From positions 1 to 39,238 of the IMG/VR virus record IMGVR_UViG_3300022181_000125: a stretch of DNA of 39,238 nt, one strand, 5' to 3'. The notes beneath the pieces are model-generated. The model saw only the letters and a program-made list of their open reading frames with translations, was not told where the DNA came from and did not search any database. Numbering within the stretch: the stretch's first letter is position 1; every line of letters starts with the position of its first letter. Positions 9,814-19,464 of the stretch are shown here, piece by piece. The position numbers and the translations under genes are program-made. Origin of the DNA: a virus (taxonomy: Duplodnaviria > Caudoviricetes).

Positions 9814-12105
9814 CTACACCAAACCGTAGGAGTGCTTCAACAAGGTAGTTCTTACACTGTCTGAAGCCTGCTCCGGCTTTGGATTATTGATTACTATTTC
9901 ATAATTGTTGACTGCGTTTCCGGTCTGCTTTTCAGCTCCCGCTCCATTTGAGATCGGTGTAGACCTGCTGACCGCATCAACATCTATATTCAGTCCGTCA
10001 AACTCTGTTGGGATCGCTTTTTTCATGTCTTCTTCAACTAATTTCATCGCATCGGCAAAGCCTACTCCGATTCCCATGCCCATATTCGATCCGATGCCGG
10101 CGAATACGGTAGAAGGAGAGTGTATGCCCAGCAGATTTTTGGCACCGTCTACAATGCCGGAAAAGAACCCGCTGATATTATCGCTAATCCAGCTTCCCAT
10201 AGATTTGATGCCGTCCCAAAGGCCCGAAACGATGTTCTTTCCAATTTCAAAAACCGAACCGACCGCTTTCCCCAGACCCGTCACGATCGCCGCTATAATC
10301 TCCGGTAGCCGGACAACCAGTTGTGGGATCGCCTGGATCAAACCGAATGCGAGCTGAACGGTGAGTTCAATACCCATCGCTATAATGGCAGGCAGGTTGT
10401 TGGTGATAAAATTGACGATTGTCATTATAATCTGTGGCAGCGCTTCCATAAGCTGTGGAAGCGCATTCAAAAGTCCTTCTGCTAACCCCGCAATGATGGC
10501 GAAGGCCGCTTCGAGGATTTTATCCATGTTATCCAGCAGCACCTGAACAATCAAAAGGATGGCCTGCACGATGGAAGGGATGAGTTCAGGCAGAGCCTCT
10601 GCGATGCCCAACGCCAGAGTCACAATCATTTGTATGGCAGCTTCAATGATGGCGGGCAAATTGTCGATGATGCCCTGCACCAAAGTCAGCACAAGTTGCA
10701 ACGCACCTTCTGTAAGGGCGGGCAGAGCAACAATCAAGCCTTCCAAAAGAGTCATGACAATAGAAGAAGCACACTCAACGATCGTTGGCAGGTTTTCGAC
10801 AAGGGCACTCCCAATAGCCATGACAATATCCATGCCGACTTGAATGATCTTTGGCAGGTTCTCCATGATCATATCCACAAGGCCACCGACCGTATTTCCG
10901 ATGACCTCGCTGATTTTGTTGAAGTCATCCCCAGCATCTATGAGGCCGGTTGTGAACTCACCAAGAAGGGTCGTGCCGTCATCAGCCAGGGTCTGCAATT
11001 GCGGCAGAAGCACTGTTCCCATCACGCGTTTTGCCGCTTCCGAGCCTTGTTTAAGTCTCTGGACGGAATCGTCGAACTGTCCGAGCTTCTGAATGCTTTC
11101 TTCACTGAGGACTGCACCCATCCGTTTGGCTTCTTCGGTTAATGCCGCCATGCCCTCGCTGCCTTGGGCGATAAGAGGATTTAAGTCCTGTGCACTTTTG
11201 CCGAGAATCTGCATGGCAAGGGCATCACGTTCGGTTTCGTTTGTGACTTTACCGAGAGCATCGATGACCTCCCAGTAGACCTGTTCTCCATCACGCAGTT
11301 CACCGTGGGCATCCGTCACGCTTATGCCCAGCTTGGCATAGGCCTTGGCTGCCGCACCTGTTCCCTCACGAGCGGAAGACATAGATTTGATTTGTTTGGA
11401 CATTGACGAAGTCAGGGTATCCAAGGACACATCCACAAGGTCAGCCGCATAACTATATGCCTGCAGGCTTTCCACGCTCATCCCGGTAACCGTGGACTGC
11501 GTCAGCATTTCATCCGCATAAGCAGCCGCTTCAACGGTCATATCAACGAGCGCTTTTCCTGCACTGATTGCGGCGGTACCGATGGCTGCAAACGCAACGC
11601 CCATCGCAACTCCAATTCCCTTGACTACGGAGCCGAGCTTTTCAAACTTGCCTCCAGCTGAATCCGCATCCTTCCCGGTCTTTTCAAGTTCATCTCCAAA
11701 CTGATCCGCTTGCTTTTCAGCCGCATTAAATTCATCTGCGACGCTATCCAGGGCTTTCTCGTTGCCCTTAAGCTCACGCTCCATACCGTTTAGTTCTGCT
11801 TGGGCGTTATTGAGTTGAACTGCCCAGGCTTGTGTCCGGCGGTCATTTTCCCCAAAGGATGAGGAGGCGTTTTCCAGAGCCTTGCGCAGGGTTTCGATTT
11901 TATCTTTCTGGGCATCGATTTGTTTGTTCAGAACCTCGTTTTTGGAGGTGAGGGACTGGATGCTGTTTTCATTTTTTCCGAACTCAGACTCGACCAATTT
12001 CATCTCCGAGCCGAGTACCTTAAACGACTGATTGATATCAGCGAGGGCTTTTTTAAACTCCTTTTCGCCCTCAACACCGATTTTTAGACCGAAGTTATCC
12101 GCCAC
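9814..12105 (-). CDS. Tape measure protein
   Basis: MADNFGLKIGVEGEKEFK N-terminus, coiled coils, 11-residue LP-rich repeats, GIHSPS motif. Confidence 0.92.
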   Translation of the reverse strand: MADNFGLKIGVEGEKEFKKALADINQSFKVLGSEMKLVESEFGKNENSIQSLTSKNEVLNKQIDAQKDKIETLRKALENASSSFGENDRRTQAWAVQLNNAQAELNGMERELKGNEKALDSVADEFNAAEKQADQFGDELEKTGKDADSAGGKFEKLGSVVKGIGVAMGVAFAAIGTAAISAGKALVDMTVEAAAYADEMLTQSTVTGMSVESLQAYSYAADLVDVSLDTLTSSMSKQIKSMSSAREGTGAAAKAYAKLGISVTDAHGELRDGEQVYWEVIDALGKVTNETERDALAMQILGKSAQDLNPLIAQGSEGMAALTEEAKRMGAVLSEESIQKLGQFDDSVQRLKQGSEAAKRVMGTVLLPQLQTLADDGTTLLGEFTTGLIDAGDDFNKISEVIGNTVGGLVDMIMENLPKIIQVGMDIVMAIGSALVENLPTIVECASSIVMTLLEGLIVALPALTEGALQLVLTLVQGIIDNLPAIIEAAIQMIVTLALGIAEALPELIPSIVQAILLIVQVLLDNMDKILEAAFAIIAGLAEGLLNALPQLMEALPQIIMTIVNFITNNLPAIIAMGIELTVQLAFGLIQAIPQLVVRLPEIIAAIVTGLGKAVGSVFEIGKNIVSGLWDGIKSMGSWISDNISGFFSGIVDGAKNLLGIHSPSTVFAGIGSNMGMGIGVGFADAMKLVEEDMKKAIPTEFDGLNIDVDAVSRSTPISNGAGAEKQTGNAVNNYEIVINNPKPEQASDSVRTTLLKHSYGLV

Positions 12106-12120
12106 GTTCCCACCACCTCC

Positions 12121-12330
12121 TTAGATTCCATTTGGTATGATTTCGTCGATGTAATACTCGCGTTTTGCCTTCGCAAGTCCGTTAAATTGTTTGTAAACCT
12201 CCCACTGGTCCAGCAAATGACCGATCGGCATCAGCCAGGTCTCCTGCTCAGACCGATGGAGAAGGGATACACCATAAAAAATCAGCCGGGCAAACAACTC
12301 TTCGTCGCTTACCCGACCTGTGCGTTTTTT
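12121..12330 (-). CDS. Tail assembly chaperone C-terminal extension reached by -1 frameshift (gpGT-like)
   Basis: Not in the ORF track. The -1 frame from the slip site A AAA AAC (12330..12324) is open for 69 codons (KKRTGRVSDEELFARLIFYG...EIIPNGI) up to the TMP RBS. Confidence 0.75.
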   Translation of the reverse strand, partial: KKRTGRVSDEELFARLIFYGVSLLHRSEQETWLMPIGHLLDQWEVYKQFNGLAKAKREYYIDEIIPNGI

Positions 12331-12695
12331 GAGGTTTCTTCCTCGCTCTCCACGTTTCGCTTTGTGCCTTTGTACATAGCATCCATAATGGCGTTTTTGT
12401 AATCCGCCAGTTCAAAAGGAGAGGTCAAGAGTTCTACCGTATCCTCCGTAAGGAGATCTCTCTTCTTCGAGGGATTCTGAAGATTGTGGATCAGCACCGA
12501 CTGATTGGCGAGCAAGGTGATGAGCCACACAACCTCGTCTAGAGCCATCTCAAAGTTTTCACTCTTCATTAGTTTTTCGCCTAAATTGGAAAGACCGCCA
12601 TATCTCTTGGCGATCTCCTTTGTGGCCTTGGTGGTCAGGAGCATTTCATATTCCTTACCACCGATTTCAATGATTGTGCTTCTTTCGTTATCCAT
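12309..12695 (-). CDS. Tail assembly chaperone (gpG-like)
   Basis: Between major tail and TMP genes; ends SKNAQVG with a slippery heptamer; GGAGG before ATG 12695. Confidence 0.8.
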   Translation of the reverse strand: MDNERSTIIEIGGKEYEMLLTTKATKEIAKRYGGLSNLGEKLMKSENFEMALDEVVWLITLLANQSVLIHNLQNPSKKRDLLTEDTVELLTSPFELADYKNAIMDAMYKGTKRNVESEEETSKNAQVG

Positions 12696-12709
12696 CTTTA
12701 CGCCCTCCA

Positions 12710-13300
12710 TTAGGGTGTTACCGTGAATACGGGCTCATAGACCTGCGTATACCAACCGGTGATCACAGAAGCCGGAACGATAGCATCATCCTCGTTGACT
12801 TCGGATTTCCACGGGTGCTTGCCGTTGCCATCGAGCTTATTTCTTCGTATTACTGTGCCCTCAATGGTTGGGGTGGAGAACGTGATGCTGTCGCCCTTCG
12901 TGGCGAGGTTAGTTGCCGGGATGCCGAAGACCACACGGTAAAGCCAGAAATATCGGTATTTCCCGTTTGCTTTCTTCGCCCTAAAGCCAACCGCGACGGG
13001 TGCGCCTCCGTCCTCACTGCCGGATATCAAGGCGTGGTTATCGTCAAGCTTCGCTCCGGTCAGATCTTCAGCAGCAGTCACGCCGATATCGTCAATCCCG
13101 AGGGACAAGGTTCCGCTCTTGAACTCTTTCACGATCTCCGCAGGACCATCGTCGGCATACAGCGTAGCTTCAGCAAGTTCTACGGACAGGTCCGCTTTCA
13201 TGGCTTTCGCAAGCTGCAAGGGAGTTCCATAGGTTTCATTCCCACTGGAATCTTCCGTGATTTTGGCATAGTAGAGTTTATCTAATCCGATTGTTGCCAT
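12710..13300 (-). CDS. Major tail protein (phi13 family)
   Basis: IGLDKLYYAKI, LYADDG, YRYFWLY, size and position. Confidence 0.9.
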   Translation of the reverse strand: MATIGLDKLYYAKITEDSSGNETYGTPLQLAKAMKADLSVELAEATLYADDGPAEIVKEFKSGTLSLGIDDIGVTAAEDLTGAKLDDNHALISGSEDGGAPVAVGFRAKKANGKYRYFWLYRVVFGIPATNLATKGDSITFSTPTIEGTVIRRNKLDGNGKHPWKSEVNEDDAIVPASVITGWYTQVYEPVFTVTP

Positions 13301-13303
13301 TGG

Positions 13304-13642
13304 TTATTCCTCCAATTCGTAATATTTCGCCACATCGATGGCGTAATGGTGATAGCCTGTATCATCCTCATGTCCGAGGTACCTGCGGTCCGTTATTGTA
13401 AAATCCGCATTGATCAGATTGCGGACTATTTGGTTTTTCAGCGCTGTGTAATTTCCCTTGTCAAAGAGTGATAGCCGCGCCTCTTGTATTTCGTGCCGTG
13501 GTTTATCGTCGGTATAAAGTTCAAACGTATCCACCATCGGCGTGATCACAGCATAACGATCTGGTGCAGTCTCTGAAAACACACCCGTTTCCACAGGAAT
13601 CAGAGGAGAGATGAGCGCAGTCAATTCGCTTAAGAAGCTCAT
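13304..13642 (-). CDS. Tail terminator/completion protein
   Basis: Position; EDDTGYHHYAID C-terminal motif. Confidence 0.7.
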   Translation of the reverse strand: MSFLSELTALISPLIPVETGVFSETAPDRYAVITPMVDTFELYTDDKPRHEIQEARLSLFDKGNYTALKNQIVRNLINADFTITDRRYLGHEDDTGYHHYAIDVAKYYELEE

Positions 13643-14070
13643 ATTTTTTCTACCTCCTTTTCAAACGCCGTGACCATCGCGTCAACACAAGCCTTTTTAC
13701 TCGCTGATTTTGCGGGCTTCAGAAAAGACTTTGGCGGTTGGCCATGCTTCCCATACTCCAAAACGCCCGCAATCATAGCATTGCTTTTCCCATCCTGGCG
13801 CGGTTCGGAAAAGCCGACTTTAACATTGAAATTCCCGTCTTTATCCTGTTTAGCAGAAGAAATACCAAGCGCGGAAACAAGCTCACCGGTGGAGCGGCTT
13901 TCTTCCTTTGTACCTTTGCCGATGACACTTTGCAGGTTGCTTTTCACCTTTTCTTCCACAACCTCACCGCCAGCTTTCAGCACACTGGGGATAATTTCAT
14001 CAGTTTTATCGCCAAGCCTGGACAACTTTAATAGAAATTCATCTGGCATTTTAAACGCTGCCTTAGCCAC
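13639..14070 (-). CDS. HK97 gp10-family tail-associated protein
   Basis: RSTGEL, LEYG...QPP..FLKPA motifs. Confidence 0.85.
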   Translation of the reverse strand: MAKAAFKMPDEFLLKLSRLGDKTDEIIPSVLKAGGEVVEEKVKSNLQSVIGKGTKEESRSTGELVSALGISSAKQDKDGNFNVKVGFSEPRQDGKSNAMIAGVLEYGKHGQPPKSFLKPAKSASKKACVDAMVTAFEKEVEKI

Positions 14071-14395
14071 TGGAGATCACCTCCTTGGCAAGGACCTCAA
14101 TGTACATCCCGCGCCCTTTGACATCCTCCACCGAGGTGATTTGAAAACGGTCTTCTTTGTTCACCACAACCATCGAAGTTGTAATGGTCACACCGGGTAT
14201 GCGGCGAAAACAGAAAAGGTCGGTGGCTTCAGAGAAGCTGGCTCTGTTTGCCCATTTCTCGTTGCCGTGCCGACCCTCGCGATACGCTTTGACAGAGGCG
14301 ATGATGTTGTCGACTTCCGTCCGAAACCCCTCTGAATCTTTGGTGGTCACTTTTTCCACGATGTCGATGAAGGTGTTCATCTTTCCACAGCTCAT
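14063..14395 (-). CDS. Head-tail adaptor / head closure protein
   Basis: Position and MS.GKM...F.ITSVED..G....EVL pattern; start moved to ATG 14395. Confidence 0.8.
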   Translation of the reverse strand: MSCGKMNTFIDIVEKVTTKDSEGFRTEVDNIIASVKAYREGRHGNEKWANRASFSEATDLFCFRRIPGVTITTSMVVVNKEDRFQITSVEDVKGRGMYIEVLAKEVISSG

Positions 14396-14397
14396 AA

Positions 14398-14706
14398 TCA
14401 CACCTTCCAATCCCGGTCCAGCCTTAGTAAAAGGTTGACCGTATTCCACACTTGCTGCCCAGCCTGGACATTGTCCGCAAAAAAGCCGCCCGTGCTGCCG
14501 TCCCTTGATTCATAAAAATGGGACGACAGCATGATAACGGCTTGCTCTGTAGTGGGTGGCATTGCATTTTCGGCATAGTTGTTTTCGGGTAGATGCTGAT
14601 AGCTCTCGGCATACCTGACTGCAGCGGTGATGTACATCTGCAAAAGCTCATCATCTGCCGAGTGCTCAAGAATGAGGTTTGCCTTAACTTTTTCAAGCAG
14701 TGTCAT
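14398..14706 (-). CDS. Head-tail connector protein (gp6-like)
   Basis: LEKVKANL...DDELL...A...A, SHFYESR motifs. Confidence 0.85.
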   Translation of the reverse strand: MTLLEKVKANLILEHSADDELLQMYITAAVRYAESYQHLPENNYAENAMPPTTEQAVIMLSSHFYESRDGSTGGFFADNVQAGQQVWNTVNLLLRLDRDWKV

Positions 14707-14730
14707 ACCGTCACCATCCTTTCATTGTTT

Positions 14731-14958
14731 TTAACTATCAGCTGCCATCAGGCCAGCAGCTTTTAGCTTTGCCAGCAGCGCATTGAAATCAACAACAAGT
14801 CCAGCAATGGTTGTAGCGGTCGAGTCTGACTGATTTTCAGCCGGTGTAAACTGAGAAGGAAGCCCCGTTACCGAGGCTCCCTCCTTGATTTCAAGCGTGC
14901 CGCCTATGACGGTTTTTTCACCGCCTTGTTCAGTGTAGTTCTTTGCGTTATAGCTCAT
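14731..14958 (-). CDS. Head fibre/decoration-like small protein
   Basis: Follows the capsid gene; DFNALLAKLKAAGLM motif. Confidence 0.65.
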   Translation of the reverse strand: MSYNAKNYTEQGGEKTVIGGTLEIKEGASVTGLPSQFTPAENQSDSTATTIAGLVVDFNALLAKLKAAGLMAADS

Positions 14959-14970
14959 ACTGCACCTCCG

Positions 14971-16179
14971 TTAAGCCTTCTGCTGGAGAACCTTGATAGC
15001 CTCCGGCAGAATCAGTTTTCCATCAACACGCTGAGTTGCGACAAAGCCTACCTGACCGGTAGCTGCATAGAGCTCATTGAGTCTCTTGAAAACACGGCCC
15101 TGACGGTCGGCAACCCAGTAGTAACCGAAATCACCGAAGATGATGGACTTAGCGGATGCGGCGATGTTAGGGACATAAGCTGAAGTGTAAATAGGTCTGT
15201 TCAGGATGGTATCTGGTGTACCTGCCTGCAGTGAAGGCTGCCAAATGTATTGTCCCTGACCGTCCTTCAGTTTGCGGATCGCCTTAACAGTGGCATCGTT
15301 CATGACGAACACTGCTTTATTTCTGTACGGCGCCTTAAGGGAGTAGAACAGATCAAGCACCTCGTCGATGGTGATGGCCGTAGCGCTTGCAGTGGTCACG
15401 CCAAGCTGTGCACCACCAGTAGCTGAAAGTATACCCGTAGGCTTTCCGGAGCCGTCGCCGGTGAAGAACGCATCTTCTTCCTTGCTACCGATACGTCTGG
15501 CGAACTCTTTAGCGATGTAATTTTCAAGGTTGAATACGCTATCGTTAAGCAGTTCCTCAGAAACCTTGATCATGGTTCCAAGCTTATAGGCTCCGATGGA
15601 TACCTGACCAAAGCTGTCATCGCTTTCAGGGATTGCACCTTCCTCATCAATCCAGGATGCTGTGCCCTTGGATGCTACGACTGGAATTTTGCGGTCACCA
15701 GAAGAAGTGGTAATGACATTGGCCAGCTTTCTGAAGATGTTCTCGTCATCGAGGGCTTCCACAAGGGTACGCTCAAATTCATCAGGCACAAGGTAGCCGC
15801 CTTCAGTGTCGGTTCCGATCTGAAGCGCATTTCTGATGACAGGATCAAGACCTTCACCAGAACGTGTGCGCATTGCATTCCAGAACGCTTTTCTGTAATC
15901 GTCAGAAGCTCTACCGCTCCTAGTCTCTATGCCCGGAATATTAGGTCTACCGGTAAGAGGCATATTTAGTGGCTTTGAAAGCTCGCGGTCTAGGGCTTCC
16001 TGCTTTTCGAGACGATCGATTTCATTACCAAGGGCGACCACATCCGCTTCCATCTTGTCGTAAACGGCGGTATCCTCAGCTGAAACGATGCCATCCGCCC
16101 CACGTTTGGTATCAAGAAAAGCCTTTGCTGTTTCCCATGCCTTTGCGCGCTTCTCACGCAGTTCAAGAATTTTGTTCAT
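14971..16179 (-). CDS. Major capsid protein (HK97 fold)
   Basis: N-terminal coiled-coil delta domain, GGYLVP, SEELLNDS, GDFGYY, RVDG. Confidence 0.95.
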   Translation of the reverse strand: MNKILELREKRAKAWETAKAFLDTKRGADGIVSAEDTAVYDKMEADVVALGNEIDRLEKQEALDRELSKPLNMPLTGRPNIPGIETRSGRASDDYRKAFWNAMRTRSGEGLDPVIRNALQIGTDTEGGYLVPDEFERTLVEALDDENIFRKLANVITTSSGDRKIPVVASKGTASWIDEEGAIPESDDSFGQVSIGAYKLGTMIKVSEELLNDSVFNLENYIAKEFARRIGSKEEDAFFTGDGSGKPTGILSATGGAQLGVTTASATAITIDEVLDLFYSLKAPYRNKAVFVMNDATVKAIRKLKDGQGQYIWQPSLQAGTPDTILNRPIYTSAYVPNIAASAKSIIFGDFGYYWVADRQGRVFKRLNELYAATGQVGFVATQRVDGKLILPEAIKVLQQKA

Positions 16180-16198
16180 AGTATTTTCCTCCTCAAAT

Positions 16199-16897
16199 TT
16201 AGTGTTGAATTAAAGAGAGCCGCTTCTCCAGCGACTCAATTGGTGTACCTGTTTGTTGTTTGGGCAGTTTGGGCTTTACCTTGTCCAGCAGAGAGTTGGT
16301 AACAGCCCTACGGCTGAAGGCATAGGTGAAATCCTCAGTCTGTAGTCGTTTCTTTTCGTCGTCCAGAATGCCGTCTGCAAAACCAAGCTCAATGGCTTTC
16401 TTAGCATTGAGCCAGGTTTCTGCGTCCATCAGGTGGGACAGCTTTGCCCGCGACTGTCCTGTTTTGATCTCGTAGGCGTTGATGATGCTTTCCTTAACCT
16501 CCGAAAGCATGGCGATGGCCTTTTGCATTTCCTCGCTGTCACCGATTGCCACGGTCAACGGATTATGCACCATCATGAGGGCAGTCGGTGCCATCAGCAC
16601 AGTTGTTCCGGCCATAGCGATTACGGATGCAGCAGATGCGGCAATACCATCGATTTTTACGGTGACCTTGCCTTTGTAATCCATAAGCATGGCGTAGATC
16701 TGACTTGCCGCAATGCAGTCACCGCCGGGTGAGTTGAGCCAAATAACAATGTCATCCTCACCGGCAGTAAGTTCTGATTTAAATGCCTTAGGGGTGACAT
16801 CATCGTCAAACCATGACTCTTCGGCAATCACGCCGTCAAGGTAGAGTGTTCGGACACCGGAATTATCATCCCGTGCCCAGTTCCAGAATTTCTTCAT
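16199..16897 (-). CDS. ClpP-like prohead maturation protease
   Basis: LNSPGG, AASAAS, MVHNP, ETWL.A..A.ELGFAD. Confidence 0.93.
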   Translation of the reverse strand: MKKFWNWARDDNSGVRTLYLDGVIAEESWFDDDVTPKAFKSELTAGEDDIVIWLNSPGGDCIAASQIYAMLMDYKGKVTVKIDGIAASAASVIAMAGTTVLMAPTALMMVHNPLTVAIGDSEEMQKAIAMLSEVKESIINAYEIKTGQSRAKLSHLMDAETWLNAKKAIELGFADGILDDEKKRLQTEDFTYAFSRRAVTNSLLDKVKPKLPKQQTGTPIESLEKRLSLIQH

Positions 16898-18150
16898 TCG
16901 GTTTCCTCCGTTTCTTTTATATTTGCAAACGCGCCAGCGTCCTGTAGTTTGGTCATGGCGCCGTTGATCAGGTAGAGGTCGCCACCAAGTTCCGCTGGGA
17001 TGCGGTCCAGGTTCTCAAGCTCCCGGATGTCGTTGGCGCTCATCCAACCATTCTGGCGAGCGGTGGCGTAACCGCTCATTCGGCTCACATAGTCGCCTCG
17101 AAGCAACCCGTCCACATTGAACTTAATGAACAGCTTCGGCTTTTCGCTCTCCATGAGTAGGGCGCGGCACATGGACTGTTCCCAGCGCACTACCCAAGGA
17201 TCGAGGGTGTATTTCACGAACTCTAACGATTGCTGTTCGATGTTGGAGAAGGAGGATTTTTCAAGGTCGGCGAGCATATGAGGTGGCACCCTGAAAATAC
17301 GGGCAATCTCATTGATCTGGAATTTTCTCGTCTCCAGAAACTGCGCTTGTTCCGGCGAGATCCCGATGGGTTGATACTTCATGCCCTCCTCAAGAACGGC
17401 CACCCGGTGTGAGTTTCCACTTCCTTGATAGGCTGCATTCCAAGACTCCTTAATCTTCAGTGGGTCCTTGATGGTGCCGGGGTGTTCTAGCACGCCGCCC
17501 GGAGCAGCTCCATTAGCGAAGAATTTCGCACCATATTCCTCGGTGGCAATGGCCAGTCCCACGGCATTTTTCGCCATCGCAATGGGAGAGTAGCCAACCA
17601 GTCCATCAAAGCCCATACCAGGAATATGCAGAATATCGGAAGGAGCCAAGTAGACTTGACTGTCTTTGCCGAGGGAGGGAGTGTCCTCGTTACTGCGCTG
17701 GTACAAATAGAAAAGCCGACCGTTTGAATCTCGGTCGACTGTCATTTTGTTCGGCATCAGCGGATAAAGTGCAATGACCTCGCCACGGGCGTTTCTAATG
17801 ATCTGCGCGTAGGCGTTACCCCATAATAAAAGATGACTCATCAGCGTTTCTCTAAACGCAAAGGAAGTCATCTCAGGGTTCGGCTCGTCATGAAGCAGTT
17901 TGTACAGTGGGTGTTTAAGGTGTTTTTCCTTGCCTCCGGAAGCATTATATTGATATATATGGAGCGGAAGTCCCGCCAGTGTTTCAGATAATATCCTCAC
18001 GCAGCTGTACACCGCTGTCATTTGCATGGCCGTCTGCTCATTGACTGGTTTGCCCGCGCTGGTGCTTCCGAAAAAGAAGCTGTAGCGGCTGCCACCGAGG
18101 GCATCTTTAGGCTTGTCACGCGCCTTGAATATTCCTTGCAGTATTCTCAT
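16894..18150 (-). CDS. Portal protein (HK97 family)
   Basis: VYSCV, PNPEMT, LLWGNAY, IARIFRVPP, SNIEQQ, NDIRELEN; start moved to ATG 18150. Confidence 0.95.
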   Translation of the reverse strand: MRILQGIFKARDKPKDALGGSRYSFFFGSTSAGKPVNEQTAMQMTAVYSCVRILSETLAGLPLHIYQYNASGGKEKHLKHPLYKLLHDEPNPEMTSFAFRETLMSHLLLWGNAYAQIIRNARGEVIALYPLMPNKMTVDRDSNGRLFYLYQRSNEDTPSLGKDSQVYLAPSDILHIPGMGFDGLVGYSPIAMAKNAVGLAIATEEYGAKFFANGAAPGGVLEHPGTIKDPLKIKESWNAAYQGSGNSHRVAVLEEGMKYQPIGISPEQAQFLETRKFQINEIARIFRVPPHMLADLEKSSFSNIEQQSLEFVKYTLDPWVVRWEQSMCRALLMESEKPKLFIKFNVDGLLRGDYVSRMSGYATARQNGWMSANDIRELENLDRIPAELGGDLYLINGAMTKLQDAGAFANIKETEETE

Positions 18151-18179
18151 TGACATCACTCTCCTTAAAAATGAGCATG

Positions 18180-18207
18180 AAAAAAGCACCCACAAATGTA
18201 GATGCTT
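18180..18207 (-). terminator. Intrinsic terminator closing the accessory cassette
   Basis: AAGCAUCUAC-AUUU-GUGGGUGCUU running into a U tract. Confidence 0.75.
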
Positions 18208-18221
18208 GAAATTCAGATGTT

Positions 18222-18407
18222 TTACTTGTTTTCACTTATTTTTACTTGAATTTTTGAATAACCATTTCCATAATTAATTATTTCAGAACCCTTTGTATAG
18301 TCGATACAATTGGATTTATGTACTTTGGCTTTAAAACATATATTTTGATGTGGATTTGCTTTACTTTCTCTTGAAATCCTATTTGAAGAAACTACTGTTT
18401 TTTTCAT
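18222..18407 (-). CDS. Small basic hypothetical protein (61 aa), last gene of the accessory cassette
   Basis: Strong AAAGGAGG RBS before ATG 18407; ends just before the terminator; no recognisable family. Confidence 0.6.
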   Translation of the reverse strand: MKKTVVSSNRISRESKANPHQNICFKAKVHKSNCIDYTKGSEIINYGNGYSKIQVKISENK

Positions 18408-18420
18408 ATCAGTACCTCCT

Positions 18421-19464
18421 TTAGCTGATACCCCCAACGATAGAAGCTAACTTAACAAATAAATCTTTCCCATTATCAGTATATTTTATACAGTATTTGC
18501 TCATTTTCGTTGTCTTCTTTGTTGCAATATTTGTTTTAATACATTCAAGAGTGTTTTTTGTTTTTACGCATATACAATATTCATATGCACCGTCGCTTTT
18601 TACATATGGCGCACTTTGATCACCTGTAAATTGCCAATCCAGATTTGAATCCACAGAACTTATATCATTCATCATTTCTATAGTATTCATATATCTCGAA
18701 TCTGGATTAATTTGTAATGCCTTAAGAATAATTTTCTGCAGTTGCTTGGGGATATGTGGGAAAAATAGTTTTCTATCAGGGAACTTTCCTTTCAAGATTG
18801 CATCTTTAAGTTGATCAGTTGTTGTGATTTTTTGATCTGATAATTGACTGTTAAGTACACCTATTCCATTGCACAACCTATACATTGTTAAACCGATTTG
18901 GTAGATATCTGATTGTATTGTTCTACCTGAACTTTGATACCACTCAGGGTCAACATGCATTCTGTAATTGTATGGTTGCTCGGCCACTCCATTTCCATCC
19001 ATATATTTGGAAAGTCCGAAATCCGTTAATATCGCTTTCCCAGTATCATCAATTAGAATATTCGTTGGCTTAATGTCCAGGTGAAGCATATTCTTCGAGT
19101 GAATAAAACTAACTGCACTCAATAGATCCAACGAGTATTTTACTATTTCCCTCACTGTTAGAAAGCGATTATTACACAAAGTGTTGAGAGATCCGTTTCT
19201 ATAATAGGGCATTGCCAAATAAATATTGTCGTTATCCTGAGATGCGTATTGAATTTCTGCGACATTTGGATGTTTGCTGTCATATATCATCTTTGATTCA
19301 GAAAAATATTCTTCTGGTTTGAATTTCGATTTCTCCATTCTTTTTATTATTAATGTACTACCAAGCTGTACATCATTAGCTATAAACACATTGGAATTCT
19401 TTCCTTCATTGTTTCCAATATCGGAAACTTTTTCAAATTGTATCAAAGTCAATATATTAGGCAT
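18421..19464 (-). CDS. Cytoplasmic Hanks-type Ser/Thr protein kinase (non-RD)
   Basis: LIIK Lys, alphaC Glu, HPNV, HLDIKPTN, DFG, DPE, SDIYQIG, P..R; no transmembrane or PASTA segment. Start is ATG 19464 or GTG 19473. Confidence 0.9.
   Translation of the reverse strand: MPNILTLIQFEKVSDIGNNEGKNSNVFIANDVQLGSTLIIKRMEKSKFKPEEYFSESKMIYDSKHPNVAEIQYASQDNDNIYLAMPYYRNGSLNTLCNNRFLTVREIVKYSLDLLSAVSFIHSKNMLHLDIKPTNILIDDTGKAILTDFGLSKYMDGNGVAEQPYNYRMHVDPEWYQSSGRTIQSDIYQIGLTMYRLCNGIGVLNSQLSDQKITTTDQLKDAILKGKFPDRKLFFPHIPKQLQKIILKALQINPDSRYMNTIEMMNDISSVDSNLDWQFTGDQSAPYVKSDGAYEYCICVKTKNTLECIKTNIATKKTTKMSKYCIKYTDNGKDLFVKLASIVGGIS

Noticed and set aside
13670-14335. Long antisense ORFs (also 12674..13285, 24064..24690, 25097..25873 and others)
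   Set aside because: They are shadows of well-supported genes on the opposite strand and have no recognisable motifs.
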